Source: an uncultured Bacteroidales bacterium (GTDB lineage: Bacteria > Bacteroidota > Bacteroidia > Bacteroidales > WCHB1-69). Taken from it: DNA of 64,000 bases. The notes under the pieces were generated by a model that saw only the letters and a list, made by a program, of their open reading frames with translations, was not told the DNA's origin and ran no database searches. The stretch lies in contig CAMORT010000005.1 of the NCBI GenBank assembly GCA_946624065.1, positions 1,187-65,186 on the forward strand, read 5' to 3'. The translations under genes and the position numbers were made by a program. Of the stretch, positions 51,235 through 59,349 are shown piece by piece. Each line of letters begins with the position of its first letter. Position 1 is the stretch's first letter.

Positions 51235-51612
51235 TTAATCCAACTCTTTTTTGATTTTCAGTAGCATCTCCTTGATTTCTGTAAGGGATGCGATGATGGT
51301 GGCGTTATCGGCCTCTTGGATGAAATTGTTCTTCAGGGCGTCGCGTGCGCCTTGGATTGTGTACCCCTTCACCTTGGTCAGGTAGTGGATGGTGCGGATG
51401 AGCGCGATGTCGTTCTTGGAGAAGAAACGGTCGCCTTTCTTGTTCTTGCGGGGCTTCAGCACATCGAATTCCTTTTCCCAATAGCGGAGAGTGGAGGCGG
51501 GGAGTTGGAAAATCTCGCAGGTTTCCCCCATGCTGTAATACAGTTTTTCCTTCGAATCAAACGATTCAGGCAGCGGCATGTAATCCGGATTGTCGATAAG
51601 GTCTGTGGTCAT
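51235..51612 (-). CDS. MerR-family helix-turn-helix transcriptional regulator
   Basis: YYSMGETCEIFQLPASTLRYWEKEF..LKPRKNKKGDRFFSKNDI. The start overlaps the smpB stop (TAATG). Confidence 0.75.
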   Translation of the reverse strand: MTTDLIDNPDYMPLPESFDSKEKLYYSMGETCEIFQLPASTLRYWEKEFDVLKPRKNKKGDRFFSKNDIALIRTIHYLTKVKGYTIQGARDALKNNFIQEADNATIIASLTEIKEMLLKIKKELD

Positions 51613-52073
51613 TATTCGTCCTCCTGTTGTTTTCTGCGGCGCTCATCTTTCTCTTTGATGCTTTCGCGTTTGTCGTATAATTTTTTGCCCTTGGCCAAGG
51701 AGATGTCCAATTTGGCATATCCGTTTTCATTGATCCACAGCAGGGTAGGCACGATGGTGAAACCGCGCTCGTTGAGTTTGGACAGCAGTTTGCGGATCTC
51801 TTTCTTGTTCAGCAGCAGCTTGCGGTCGCGCTTCGGCTGGTGGTTGTTGTAACTGCCGTTGGCGTACTCGCTCACATGCATGTTGTGGACCCACAGCTCG
51901 TTGTTCACGAACGAGCAGTATGAGTCCGTGATGTTGGCACGACCCGCGCGGATGGACTTGATCTCCGTGCCGGTCAGCACGATGCCGGCTGTGTAGGAAG
52001 TGAGCAGAAAGTACTGGTACTCCGCCTTCCGGTTCTTGATTTCAATCTGTGTGGGATTTGTATTCTTACTCAT
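51612..52073 (-). CDS. smpB: SsrA-binding protein SmpB
   Basis: [38 protein letters not shown] and a basic C-terminal tail. Start at ATG 52073 with a TACTTTTG box at 52089-52096. Confidence 0.92.
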   Translation of the reverse strand: MSKNTNPTQIEIKNRKAEYQYFLLTSYTAGIVLTGTEIKSIRAGRANITDSYCSFVNNELWVHNMHVSEYANGSYNNHQPKRDRKLLLNKKEIRKLLSKLNERGFTIVPTLLWINENGYAKLDISLAKGKKLYDKRESIKEKDERRRKQQEDE

Positions 52074-52088
52074 AATTTCGTTCGGCTG

Positions 52089-52096
52089 CAAAAGTA
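52089..52096 (-). promoter_or_regulatory. -7 box TACTTTTG upstream of smpB
   Basis: 16 nt upstream of ATG 52073. Confidence 0.5.
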
Positions 52097-52205
52097 CAAA
52101 AAAAGCGGTGCATCTCACCCGGATGATGTGAAATTTGGGAAATATTGTGTACTTTTGCTCCATCTTTTTCGAAAGGTTTCACAACATGTTTTCTACTGAT
52201 TGCCA

Positions 52206-52817
52206 ATGGTTACACGAATAGTACTTACAGGCGGCCCCTGCGCCGGAAAATCCACCATCCTGAAAAGAATCGAAACCAAATATTCCGCTTTGGGTTATGC
52301 GGTTTTCACACTGCCCGAGTCGGCGACACTGTTCATTCAAGCGGGTGCCGATTTTCTGACGAAAGATGAGGAACTCTCTTTTATCACGGAAGCCAACAAA
52401 CTCATATTCCAGTTGGCAATGGAAGACTGCATGATCCGTATCGCGGAAGCCACCGGCAAACCCGCTTTGTTGGTCTGCGACCGCGGCACGATGGATACCG
52501 CCGCTTATATGGACCGTCAAAAATGGCAACGCGTGATGGATTTTGTGGGAATGGATGAGAAACAGCTTTGCGATGACCGTTACGACGCCGTCTTCCACAT
52601 CAGCACCGCAGCCAAAGGCGCCGAGCAGTTCTACACTCGCGCCAACAACTCCTGCCGCTCCGAATCCCTCGAACTCGCCCGCGTGGTGGATGACCATCTC
52701 ATTGAAACCTGGCAACGCCATCCCATCATCCATGTAATAAAGGCCGAAATCTGCTTTGAAGACAAAATCGACAACGTGTTGCACATAATTGACGACATGC
52801 TGCAAATAAACCACTAA
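52206..52817 (+). CDS. AAA_28/NadR-like P-loop ATPase
   Basis: Walker A IVLTGGPCAGKSTIL and Walker B-like LLVCDRG. About 200 aa. Confidence 0.7.
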   Translation: MVTRIVLTGGPCAGKSTILKRIETKYSALGYAVFTLPESATLFIQAGADFLTKDEELSFITEANKLIFQLAMEDCMIRIAEATGKPALLVCDRGTMDTAAYMDRQKWQRVMDFVGMDEKQLCDDRYDAVFHISTAAKGAEQFYTRANNSCRSESLELARVVDDHLIETWQRHPIIHVIKAEICFEDKIDNVLHIIDDMLQINH

Positions 52818-52915
52818 CCCAGTAAAGACGCGATTTATCGCGTCTCCACCAGTAAAGACGCACGGTCGTGCGTCTCAACAAAAAAAACGACCGTGCGTCT
52901 CAACAAAAAAATAAG
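52818..52915. repeat. Tandem ~30-nt repeats, each carrying a perfect 8-9 bp hairpin, plus a 25-nt partial copy
   Basis: cagtaaAGACGCGATttATCGCGTCTccac / cagtaaAGACGCACGgtCGTGCGTCTcaac / aaaaaaaacgaccgtgcgtctcaac aaaaaaat. Confidence 0.75.
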
Positions 52916-52918
52916 AAT

Positions 52919-53410
52919 ATGAAAAATCTCAGCATGATAGCCGCCGTAGGCGAAAACTTAGAACTCGGATACCAGAACCAGCTGCTATGCCATCTCCCCA
53001 TTGACCTTAAACATTTCAAGGAGATCACATCTGGCCATACGGTCCTGATGGGCGACAACACATGGTTCTCTTTGCCCAAAAAACCGCTTCCCAACCGGAG
53101 AAACATTGTCATTACATTGGATGATGTGGCGTTTCCGGATTGCGAAACCGTGCATTCCATTGAGGATGCCTTAGACCTTGTGCGAGAAAAGGATGAAGAG
53201 GCGTTTGTGATGGGTGGCGCCACCATGTACCGTCTTTTTTTGCCATACGCCGATAAACTTTATCTTACCCGCATCGTCTCTTCTTTTACGGCCGATGTCT
53301 TTTTCCCCGCAATAAAGGAGGAAGAGTGGTCGTTAGTGGAGAATGAGTTTGTGCCGAAAGATGAAAAAAATATGTATGATTTGTATTTTCAAACCTTAAT
53401 CCGAAAGTAA
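52919..53410 (+). CDS. folA: Dihydrofolate reductase
   Basis: MIAAVGENLELG...LPIDLKHFKEIT.GHTVLMGDNTW.SLP.KPLPNRRNIVIT...GGATMY. Confidence 0.88.
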   Translation: MKNLSMIAAVGENLELGYQNQLLCHLPIDLKHFKEITSGHTVLMGDNTWFSLPKKPLPNRRNIVITLDDVAFPDCETVHSIEDALDLVREKDEEAFVMGGATMYRLFLPYADKLYLTRIVSSFTADVFFPAIKEEEWSLVENEFVPKDEKNMYDLYFQTLIRK

Positions 53411-53411
53411 G

Positions 53412-53963
53412 ATGAAAAAAGTTATGATGTTTCTGGTCGCGGCGATGATGATCGTAGTTGCCCATGCACAAAAACCTTCCCAGTTGCCAGTCCCTGACCT
53501 TCCCATTGACGAACGCACCAATTTGGTGACCTATCAGGATGTGGTGAAGCAGGAGGGCACGCCTAAAGTTCTGTATGACAGAGCGATGGAGTGGGTGAAA
53601 AAGTATTATAAAAACACCAATGAGGTCATCAAGAAGGCGGATGCCGAAAAATGCGTGATTGAAATGCGTTCCAGTGTGCGCATTTACTCCAAGCAGAAAG
53701 ATGGCACTGAGCTTCACATAAACATTGTTTATTATAACTTTAAGTTGGAGTGCCGCGACAACCGCTATCGTTATACGATTACCAATTTCAATGAACGGGC
53801 CGCCTCTGCCGCGCCTATTGAGAACTGGTTCAAGACCGACAGCCCATATTGGTCACCATCGCAATACGAATGGCTGACTCAGATTGACAGTCAAGTCAAA
53901 GAATTGATCAACTCCTTGGAAGAAGGTATGTTACCGCCCGAAGTCTTTGAAGATGAGTGGTAA
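53412..53963 (+). CDS. Secreted DUF4468-like protein
   Basis: Signal peptide. DERTNLVTYQDVVKQEGTPKVLYDRAMEWVKKYY resembles DUF4468 (recalled from memory). Confidence 0.5.
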   Translation: MKKVMMFLVAAMMIVVAHAQKPSQLPVPDLPIDERTNLVTYQDVVKQEGTPKVLYDRAMEWVKKYYKNTNEVIKKADAEKCVIEMRSSVRIYSKQKDGTELHINIVYYNFKLECRDNRYRYTITNFNERAASAAPIENWFKTDSPYWSPSQYEWLTQIDSQVKELINSLEEGMLPPEVFEDEW

Positions 53964-54711
53964 AAAGATCGTAGCCCTTCTAATATCAATTCTCCTTCTA
54001 TTTTCATCTTGTCAGAAACAAGTCGGGAAAATGAGGATGAATTTCACCTTTTCAGTGGATGGACAAGCGTTGACGCAAGATTCATTGCTGTATCAGAATG
54101 CGGCGGGCAACCGTTATGAAGTTACGGAGGCGCAGTATTTCATTTCCGATGTGGTTCTTACATCTGCCGACGGTTCTCAATATGCGATAAAATGCGATAA
54201 GTCAGCCCACTATGTGGACGCTGACATTCCCTATACGATGACTTGGGCTCCGGAGGACGAGTTGCCTGCGGGCGCGTATTCCTCCATCAGCTTTGTGTTC
54301 GGGCTTGCGCCGGAGCTGAATGTTTCGCATAGTTATACCGATGCGCCGGAGAACAACATGAGCTGGCCTGAAGTGCTTGGAGGCGGCTATCACAACATGA
54401 AAATCAACGGGCGATGGATAGGGGAGGATGGCGCGACACATCCGTTCAACCTCCACTCCGGACGGGTGGTGACTGCCGTTGGCGACGCAGTGGAAACCTC
54501 CTTCGCCGTCACATTGCCCCTAACCCAATTTGTGATTACCAAGAACGGAATCACCGACATCATCTTGGACATGAATGTCAACCGATGGTTCTGTTCCCCG
54601 TATCTGTTTGATTTCAACTATTTTGGCGGCAGCATTATGCAAAACGCCGAAGCACAGGAAATCTTGAAAGCCAACGGTTGGGATGTTTTCTCCATAATCT
54701 CCAATCGCTAA
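53953..54711 (+). CDS. Lipoprotein, possibly MbnP-like
   Basis: Lipobox LLLFSSC. FTFSVDGQAL....YQNAAGNRYEVTEAQYFISDVVL resembles the MbnP family (weak). Overlaps the upstream gene by 11 nt. Confidence 0.4.
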   Translation: MSGKKIVALLISILLLFSSCQKQVGKMRMNFTFSVDGQALTQDSLLYQNAAGNRYEVTEAQYFISDVVLTSADGSQYAIKCDKSAHYVDADIPYTMTWAPEDELPAGAYSSISFVFGLAPELNVSHSYTDAPENNMSWPEVLGGGYHNMKINGRWIGEDGATHPFNLHSGRVVTAVGDAVETSFAVTLPLTQFVITKNGITDIILDMNVNRWFCSPYLFDFNYFGGSIMQNAEAQEILKANGWDVFSIISNR

Positions 54712-54810
54712 TCTTTCATTTTTCCCCTCCTCTTTTCCTCTCCTCTTTTTATACACAATTCCCTGTTTAAAAACAAATTGCGTTGTCGGATACGCTAAAA
54801 GCGGAAAACG

Positions 54811-54818
54811 TATTTTTG
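54811..54818 (+). promoter_or_regulatory. -7 box TATTTTTG upstream of ddl
   Basis: 25 nt upstream of ATG 54844. Confidence 0.5.
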
Positions 54819-54843
54819 CGCAACTTGATAAAATTGTGTGATT

Positions 54844-55836
54844 ATGTATAATGTTGCCGTAATAGCCGGTGGAGATTCCGGCGAATATGAAATCTCCTTG
54901 AAAACAGCCGATAACATCTTCAATCAGCTGGACAAGAGTTTGTTCAACCCTTACCTGATCCATTTCAGAGGTGCTGACTGGCATTATACCGATGAGAACG
55001 GGAATGTTTGCCAAGTGGACAAGAACGATTTCTCCATTACCGTACATGGAGAAAAAATCAAGTTTGACGCAGCGTTCATAGCCATCCACGGTACGCCCGG
55101 TGAGAATGGTCGTCTGCAGGCCTATTTTGAATTGGTGGGACAGCCTTATACGGGTTGTGGGGTGTTCTGCTCCGCACTGACATTCAACAAATACTATTGC
55201 AATCTGGCGGTGGCCGGTTTCGGTGTGCCCATCTCGCCCTCGTTGCATTTTTACAATTCCGACCCTATTGATTATGAGCAGATTGAGTCTGTTTGTGGTT
55301 ATCCTTGCTTTGTCAAGGCGTGTAACTCTGGTTCCAGCGTGGGGGTCACGAAAGTGCACAACAGAAGTGAGGTTGACCAAGCCTTTGCGGAAGCGTTCAA
55401 ATATGACAACCAACTGATGGTGGAGAAGTTTGTGCGCGGCCGCGAGTTTACCTGCGGGGTTACCTCCGTGTATGGCGCTCCCCGTGTGCTTGCGGTAACC
55501 GAGGTGGTGGCCAGCAACGAATTCTATGACTACAACGCCAAATATACCGCCGTGGGACACAAACTCATCACACCTGCGGATCTTCCTGCTGAAATGACCC
55601 AAAAGTTGAGCGATTACGCCGTTCAGATTTTCCATAATCTTGACTGTCACGGTGTGGTGCGCATTGATTTCATTGTTTCAGAGGACGATGGCGTGCCTTA
55701 TTTCCTGGAGGTGAACACCATCCCCGGACAAACCGCTTTGAGCATCGTACCGGGTCAGGTTGAATATAATAAATTGGATATTAAAGAGTTTTATACAAAG
55801 ATGGTGATGGAAGCCCTGACATTTAAGAAAGGGTGA
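54844..55836 (+). CDS. ddl: D-alanine--D-alanine ligase
   Basis: VAVIAGGDSGEYEISLKTA, IAIHGTPGENGRLQ, the ATP-grasp fold, and FLEVNTIPGQT. Confidence 0.92.
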   Translation: MYNVAVIAGGDSGEYEISLKTADNIFNQLDKSLFNPYLIHFRGADWHYTDENGNVCQVDKNDFSITVHGEKIKFDAAFIAIHGTPGENGRLQAYFELVGQPYTGCGVFCSALTFNKYYCNLAVAGFGVPISPSLHFYNSDPIDYEQIESVCGYPCFVKACNSGSSVGVTKVHNRSEVDQAFAEAFKYDNQLMVEKFVRGREFTCGVTSVYGAPRVLAVTEVVASNEFYDYNAKYTAVGHKLITPADLPAEMTQKLSDYAVQIFHNLDCHGVVRIDFIVSEDDGVPYFLEVNTIPGQTALSIVPGQVEYNKLDIKEFYTKMVMEALTFKKG

Positions 55837-55943
55837 AAGGTGAACGGTGCATGGTACACGGTACACGGTGAAGGGTGAAAGGTGCACGGTACACGGTGAA
55901 GGGTACACGGAGAACGGTAAAAGGTGCACGGTGCACGAGAAAT
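55832..55943. repeat. Degenerate heptamer array (16 x GGTRMAN) starting on the ddl stop codon
   Basis: ggtgaaa ggtgaac ggtgcat ggtacac ggtacac ggtgaag ggtgaaa ggtgcac ggtacac ggtgaag ggtacac ggagaac ggtaaaa ggtgcac ggtgcac gagaaat. Confidence 0.9.
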
Positions 55944-55998
55944 GGGTTGGAGGAATTGTAGAAATGTCATTCGATGGTGTTTTATTCTCAAAAAATCA

Positions 55999-57189
55999 AT
56001 GAAGAAAGATAAGAATATGAGAAATATATTGAGTGTCGGATGTTTCCTGTTGGTGTTTGTCGGAATGCTTTCGAATATTTCCGCACAATACACGGAGGCG
56101 GATATGCGCGCGTATGTGGAGCAGTATAAGGATGTGGCCATGGAGAAGATGAAGCAGTACAAGATTCCGGCCAGCATCACCTTGGCGCAAGGCATTTTTG
56201 AAAGTGCGTGTGGCAAAAGCCGCTTGGCGACGGATGGGAATAATCATTTCGGCATCAAATGCCACACCGACTGGGAGGGCGACACGATCCTTATAGACGA
56301 CGATGAGTTGCAGGAGTGTTTCCGCAAATACGACAGCGTGGCGGCATCCTATACAGACCATTCGCTCTTTTTGACCACCCGAAAGCGCTATGCCAATCTG
56401 TTCTCATTAGACATTCTGGATTATCCTGGGTGGGCTCGCACGCTGAAAGCCGACGGATACGCCACTAACCCGCAGTACGCTGACCGTCTTATCAGTTTGA
56501 TAGAACGGTTTGACATTGCCCGTTTGGACACCTTGTGTTTGGAACAGCAGGGCATTGTTGTGGAACGCCGGCAAAATAATACGCCCATTTCAGAAAACAC
56601 TGGTGATTTGACCCAGTCTCAACAAGTTCCACCTCCGCAAAAGCCCCATGCCCGTCCGAAAATCGAGTATGTGGACAAAAACCGTGTGGATGCTCCGAAT
56701 ACGGTTGTGGAGACGAAAACCCATGTGGATGCGCCGCCTGCCCAAAATCCTGTATCACAACAACCAACCTCCAATACCAGAATCCAAACCTCTGGCAAAT
56801 TCAAGGTTTTCACCGCTGATCAGGATTATCCCGCCGTGGCCAGTCCATTTACCTATCGCAAAGTCTTTACCAACAACAACACCTATTTCGTAGTGGCTGA
56901 GCCCGGCGACACATACGAGAAAATCGCCACGGATGTGCAGGTGTCGGCGGCCAATCTTCGCAGATTTAACGATGCGGGCAAGGACGGTCAGCCAGTGGAA
57001 AAAGAAATTGTCTATATTGAATTGAAAGCCAAGCACAACGATGTGAGAGTGCATGTGGTGGAAAGTGGCGAGACGCTCAGGTACATTGCCCAGCGTTATG
57101 CGGTGCAGTTGAGTTACATCTTCAAATACAACGGGATGAATGATCAATCCATCATCCAACCCGGCAATCAAATATGGTTGAAACATTAA
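55999..57189 (+). CDS. Peptidoglycan hydrolase: GH73 glucosaminidase domain plus two LysM domains
   Basis: IPASITLAQGIFESACGKSRLATDGNNHFGIKC, a Pro/Gln-rich linker, then two LysM units (YFVVAEPGDTYEKIA and HVVESGETLRYIAQRY). The alternative start is 56017. Confidence 0.8.
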   Translation: MKKDKNMRNILSVGCFLLVFVGMLSNISAQYTEADMRAYVEQYKDVAMEKMKQYKIPASITLAQGIFESACGKSRLATDGNNHFGIKCHTDWEGDTILIDDDELQECFRKYDSVAASYTDHSLFLTTRKRYANLFSLDILDYPGWARTLKADGYATNPQYADRLISLIERFDIARLDTLCLEQQGIVVERRQNNTPISENTGDLTQSQQVPPPQKPHARPKIEYVDKNRVDAPNTVVETKTHVDAPPAQNPVSQQPTSNTRIQTSGKFKVFTADQDYPAVASPFTYRKVFTNNNTYFVVAEPGDTYEKIATDVQVSAANLRRFNDAGKDGQPVEKEIVYIELKAKHNDVRVHVVESGETLRYIAQRYAVQLSYIFKYNGMNDQSIIQPGNQIWLKH

Positions 57190-57200
57190 AATCAAATGAT

Positions 57201-58307
57201 ATGAAACGAATATTTTGTCTTATAATGGTTTTTGCGGCGGTTCTTATGGTGTGGGGACAACCCGTGCCCGAAAAAGTTATCCGCGACTATGTCGATACGC
57301 ATAAAGGACTGGCTGTTCAGGAGATGGAGGCATATAAGATTCCGGCCAGTATCACCTTGGCACAAGCCATCTATGCTTCCAAAGCGGGCACGAATCGAGT
57401 GGCAAAGGAGGCCAACAACCATTTCGGGATCACTTGCCATGCCAACGAGTGGGTGGGCGACACCTATTATGAAACGGAGGACCGCAGTCCCGACCATTGT
57501 TATCGGAAATATGCGGATGTGGAAAATTCCTACCGCGACCATTCGCTGTTTTTGGCAAAACGCCCCCGTTACGCCTCGCTGTTTGAACTGCCGATCACGG
57601 ATTACCGGGCTTGGGCGCGAGGCTTGAAAGAGGCAGGTTATGCGGGTAATCCGCGCTACGCCGACACGTTGATTGCCATTATTCAGAAATACGATTTGGC
57701 AAAGTTTGATGCCCTTGCGAAACCGGTCTCGGAAAAACCTGTTGGGGTAAAAGAACAGACTCAAAACCAATCTGTTGATAACCAATCGTTGTATAAGAAA
57801 GAACATGAAAATGCGGTTAAAGAGGAACCGCGTGCCCAACAAGAGGAGTCTAAAAAGCAGGTGGAACCTGTTGATTTTCCAAAAACCACTCCGAGAACAG
57901 TGGACGATGTGCATGTGTTTGTGCTTGAATCTGGCAAAGTGCCTTTCAAGCAAGCGTATTATCCTTATACGAAACGAGCTGTGTATGAAAATAATAAGAC
58001 GAAATTCATCTTGGCGAAAGCCGGTGACACATACGCATCCTTGGCTGCTTCGTTGCAGATGACGGAGAAGAATCTGCGGATGTACAACGATGTGTACGAC
58101 AATTCCGAACCTGTGGAGGGCGAAGTGGTATATGTGGAGATGAAAAGCACGAAATCGCCAGTGGGTTATCATATTTTAAGTGAGAAAGATACCTATCATT
58201 ATGTGTCACAGTTGTATGGCGTTCAGCTCAAGATTCTGATCAAGCGTAACAGTGGGTCTTTGAAGAATTACAAAGTGGGCGACCGTATTTGTGTGGGATG
58301 TAAATAA
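57201..58307 (+). CDS. Peptidoglycan hydrolase paralog: GH73 glucosaminidase domain plus two LysM domains
   Basis: IPASITLAQAIYASKAGTNRVAKEANNHFGITC and two LysM units. Same architecture as the upstream gene. Confidence 0.8.
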   Translation: MKRIFCLIMVFAAVLMVWGQPVPEKVIRDYVDTHKGLAVQEMEAYKIPASITLAQAIYASKAGTNRVAKEANNHFGITCHANEWVGDTYYETEDRSPDHCYRKYADVENSYRDHSLFLAKRPRYASLFELPITDYRAWARGLKEAGYAGNPRYADTLIAIIQKYDLAKFDALAKPVSEKPVGVKEQTQNQSVDNQSLYKKEHENAVKEEPRAQQEESKKQVEPVDFPKTTPRTVDDVHVFVLESGKVPFKQAYYPYTKRAVYENNKTKFILAKAGDTYASLAASLQMTEKNLRMYNDVYDNSEPVEGEVVYVEMKSTKSPVGYHILSEKDTYHYVSQLYGVQLKILIKRNSGSLKNYKVGDRICVGCK

Positions 58308-58335
58308 TTGTAAAATAAAATTTTAAGCTAAGCGA

Positions 58336-59298
58336 ATGCCAAAGTCCTTATATCACTTCAATCCAAAGACACTCTCCTTTGAGAAAGTCAAGGTCAGCTT
58401 CAAGCAGATGGCCAAGCGACTGCTTTGGGTGTTTGCGAGTGGTATCGCGTTTGCGTTGGTTTTTGTGTGGATAGCGTTTTATTTTGTTGATTCCCCGAAA
58501 GTTAAAATTCTGGAAAGAGAGAATAATGAACTGAAAACGGAAGTGGAATATCTGTCCTCCCGCATTGATAAAATGTCGGATGTCTTGTACGATATTGAAG
58601 ACCGTGATGATAATGTCTATCGTACGATTTTCGAGGCGGATCCGGTGCCGACTTCAGTGCGTTACCCTTTGTTGGTGGAAGACACGCGTTTGGACAGCAT
58701 GTCGCGCTCGGAGGCGTACAACATGTTGCGTGATGCAAACAAGAAAGCAGACCAGCTGACGGTGCGCTTGGCGGCGCAGTCGAAGTCGTTAGACACCTTG
58801 GAGCGCCTTGCCACCCGGAAGTCGGAGATGCTGACTTGCATTCCGGCCATCCGTCCGCTGAAGAACATGCATGAGATCTCGTCCGGTTTCGGTCGCCGCT
58901 ACCATCCGGTATTGAAAACCCTGCGAGCGCACACGGGTGTGGATATCACTGCCCCAAAGGGCACCCCAGTGTATGCCACCGCCGACGGCACGGTTTCAGG
59001 AGAGAATCCTGGCAGCGGCTATGGCATTGTGGTGGTTCTCAATCACGGTTATTCCTATCAGACTTTGTATGCCCACCTCTCCAAAAAGGCCGTGCGACCG
59101 GGTCAGAAAGTGAAACGGGGCCAGGTTATCGGTTATGTGGGCTCCACAGGCATGGCATCCGGCTCTCATTTGCATTATGAGGTCATTAAGAACGGTCAGA
59201 AGGTGAATCCGGTCTATTATTTCAATTCGGATATCACCCCTGAAGAATATAATTCCATCTTGGAATCCTCCAAGAAGGTAAATCAAGCACTGAGTTAG
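58336..59298 (+). CDS. M23-family peptidoglycan metalloendopeptidase
   Basis: N-terminal TM helix plus coiled coil. HTGVDITAPKGTPVYATADGTV and GSTGMASGSHLHYEV. Confidence 0.88.
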   Translation: MPKSLYHFNPKTLSFEKVKVSFKQMAKRLLWVFASGIAFALVFVWIAFYFVDSPKVKILERENNELKTEVEYLSSRIDKMSDVLYDIEDRDDNVYRTIFEADPVPTSVRYPLLVEDTRLDSMSRSEAYNMLRDANKKADQLTVRLAAQSKSLDTLERLATRKSEMLTCIPAIRPLKNMHEISSGFGRRYHPVLKTLRAHTGVDITAPKGTPVYATADGTVSGENPGSGYGIVVVLNHGYSYQTLYAHLSKKAVRPGQKVKRGQVIGYVGSTGMASGSHLHYEVIKNGQKVNPVYYFNSDITPEEYNSILESSKKVNQALS

Positions 59299-59349
59299 TA
59301 GTTAATAGTTAATAGTTTAGAGTTGATAGTTGAGAGTAGAGATTATAGA
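59294..59349. repeat. Degenerate heptamer array (8 units) spanning the M23 peptidase stop and the TTG start of the SBP gene
   Basis: gttagta gttaata gttaata gtttaga gttgata gttgaga gtagaga ttataga. Confidence 0.8.

Noticed and set aside
55678-56216. ORFs 55678-55929 and 55791-56216 (minus). Others of the same kind are 5304-5597, 19789-20001, 19865-20200 and 33625-33876.
   Set aside because: Their open frames are created by stop-poor translation of the heptamer and nonamer arrays, giving repetitive peptides such as VHLSPFTVYRVPCTVHLSPF. They are not independent genes.
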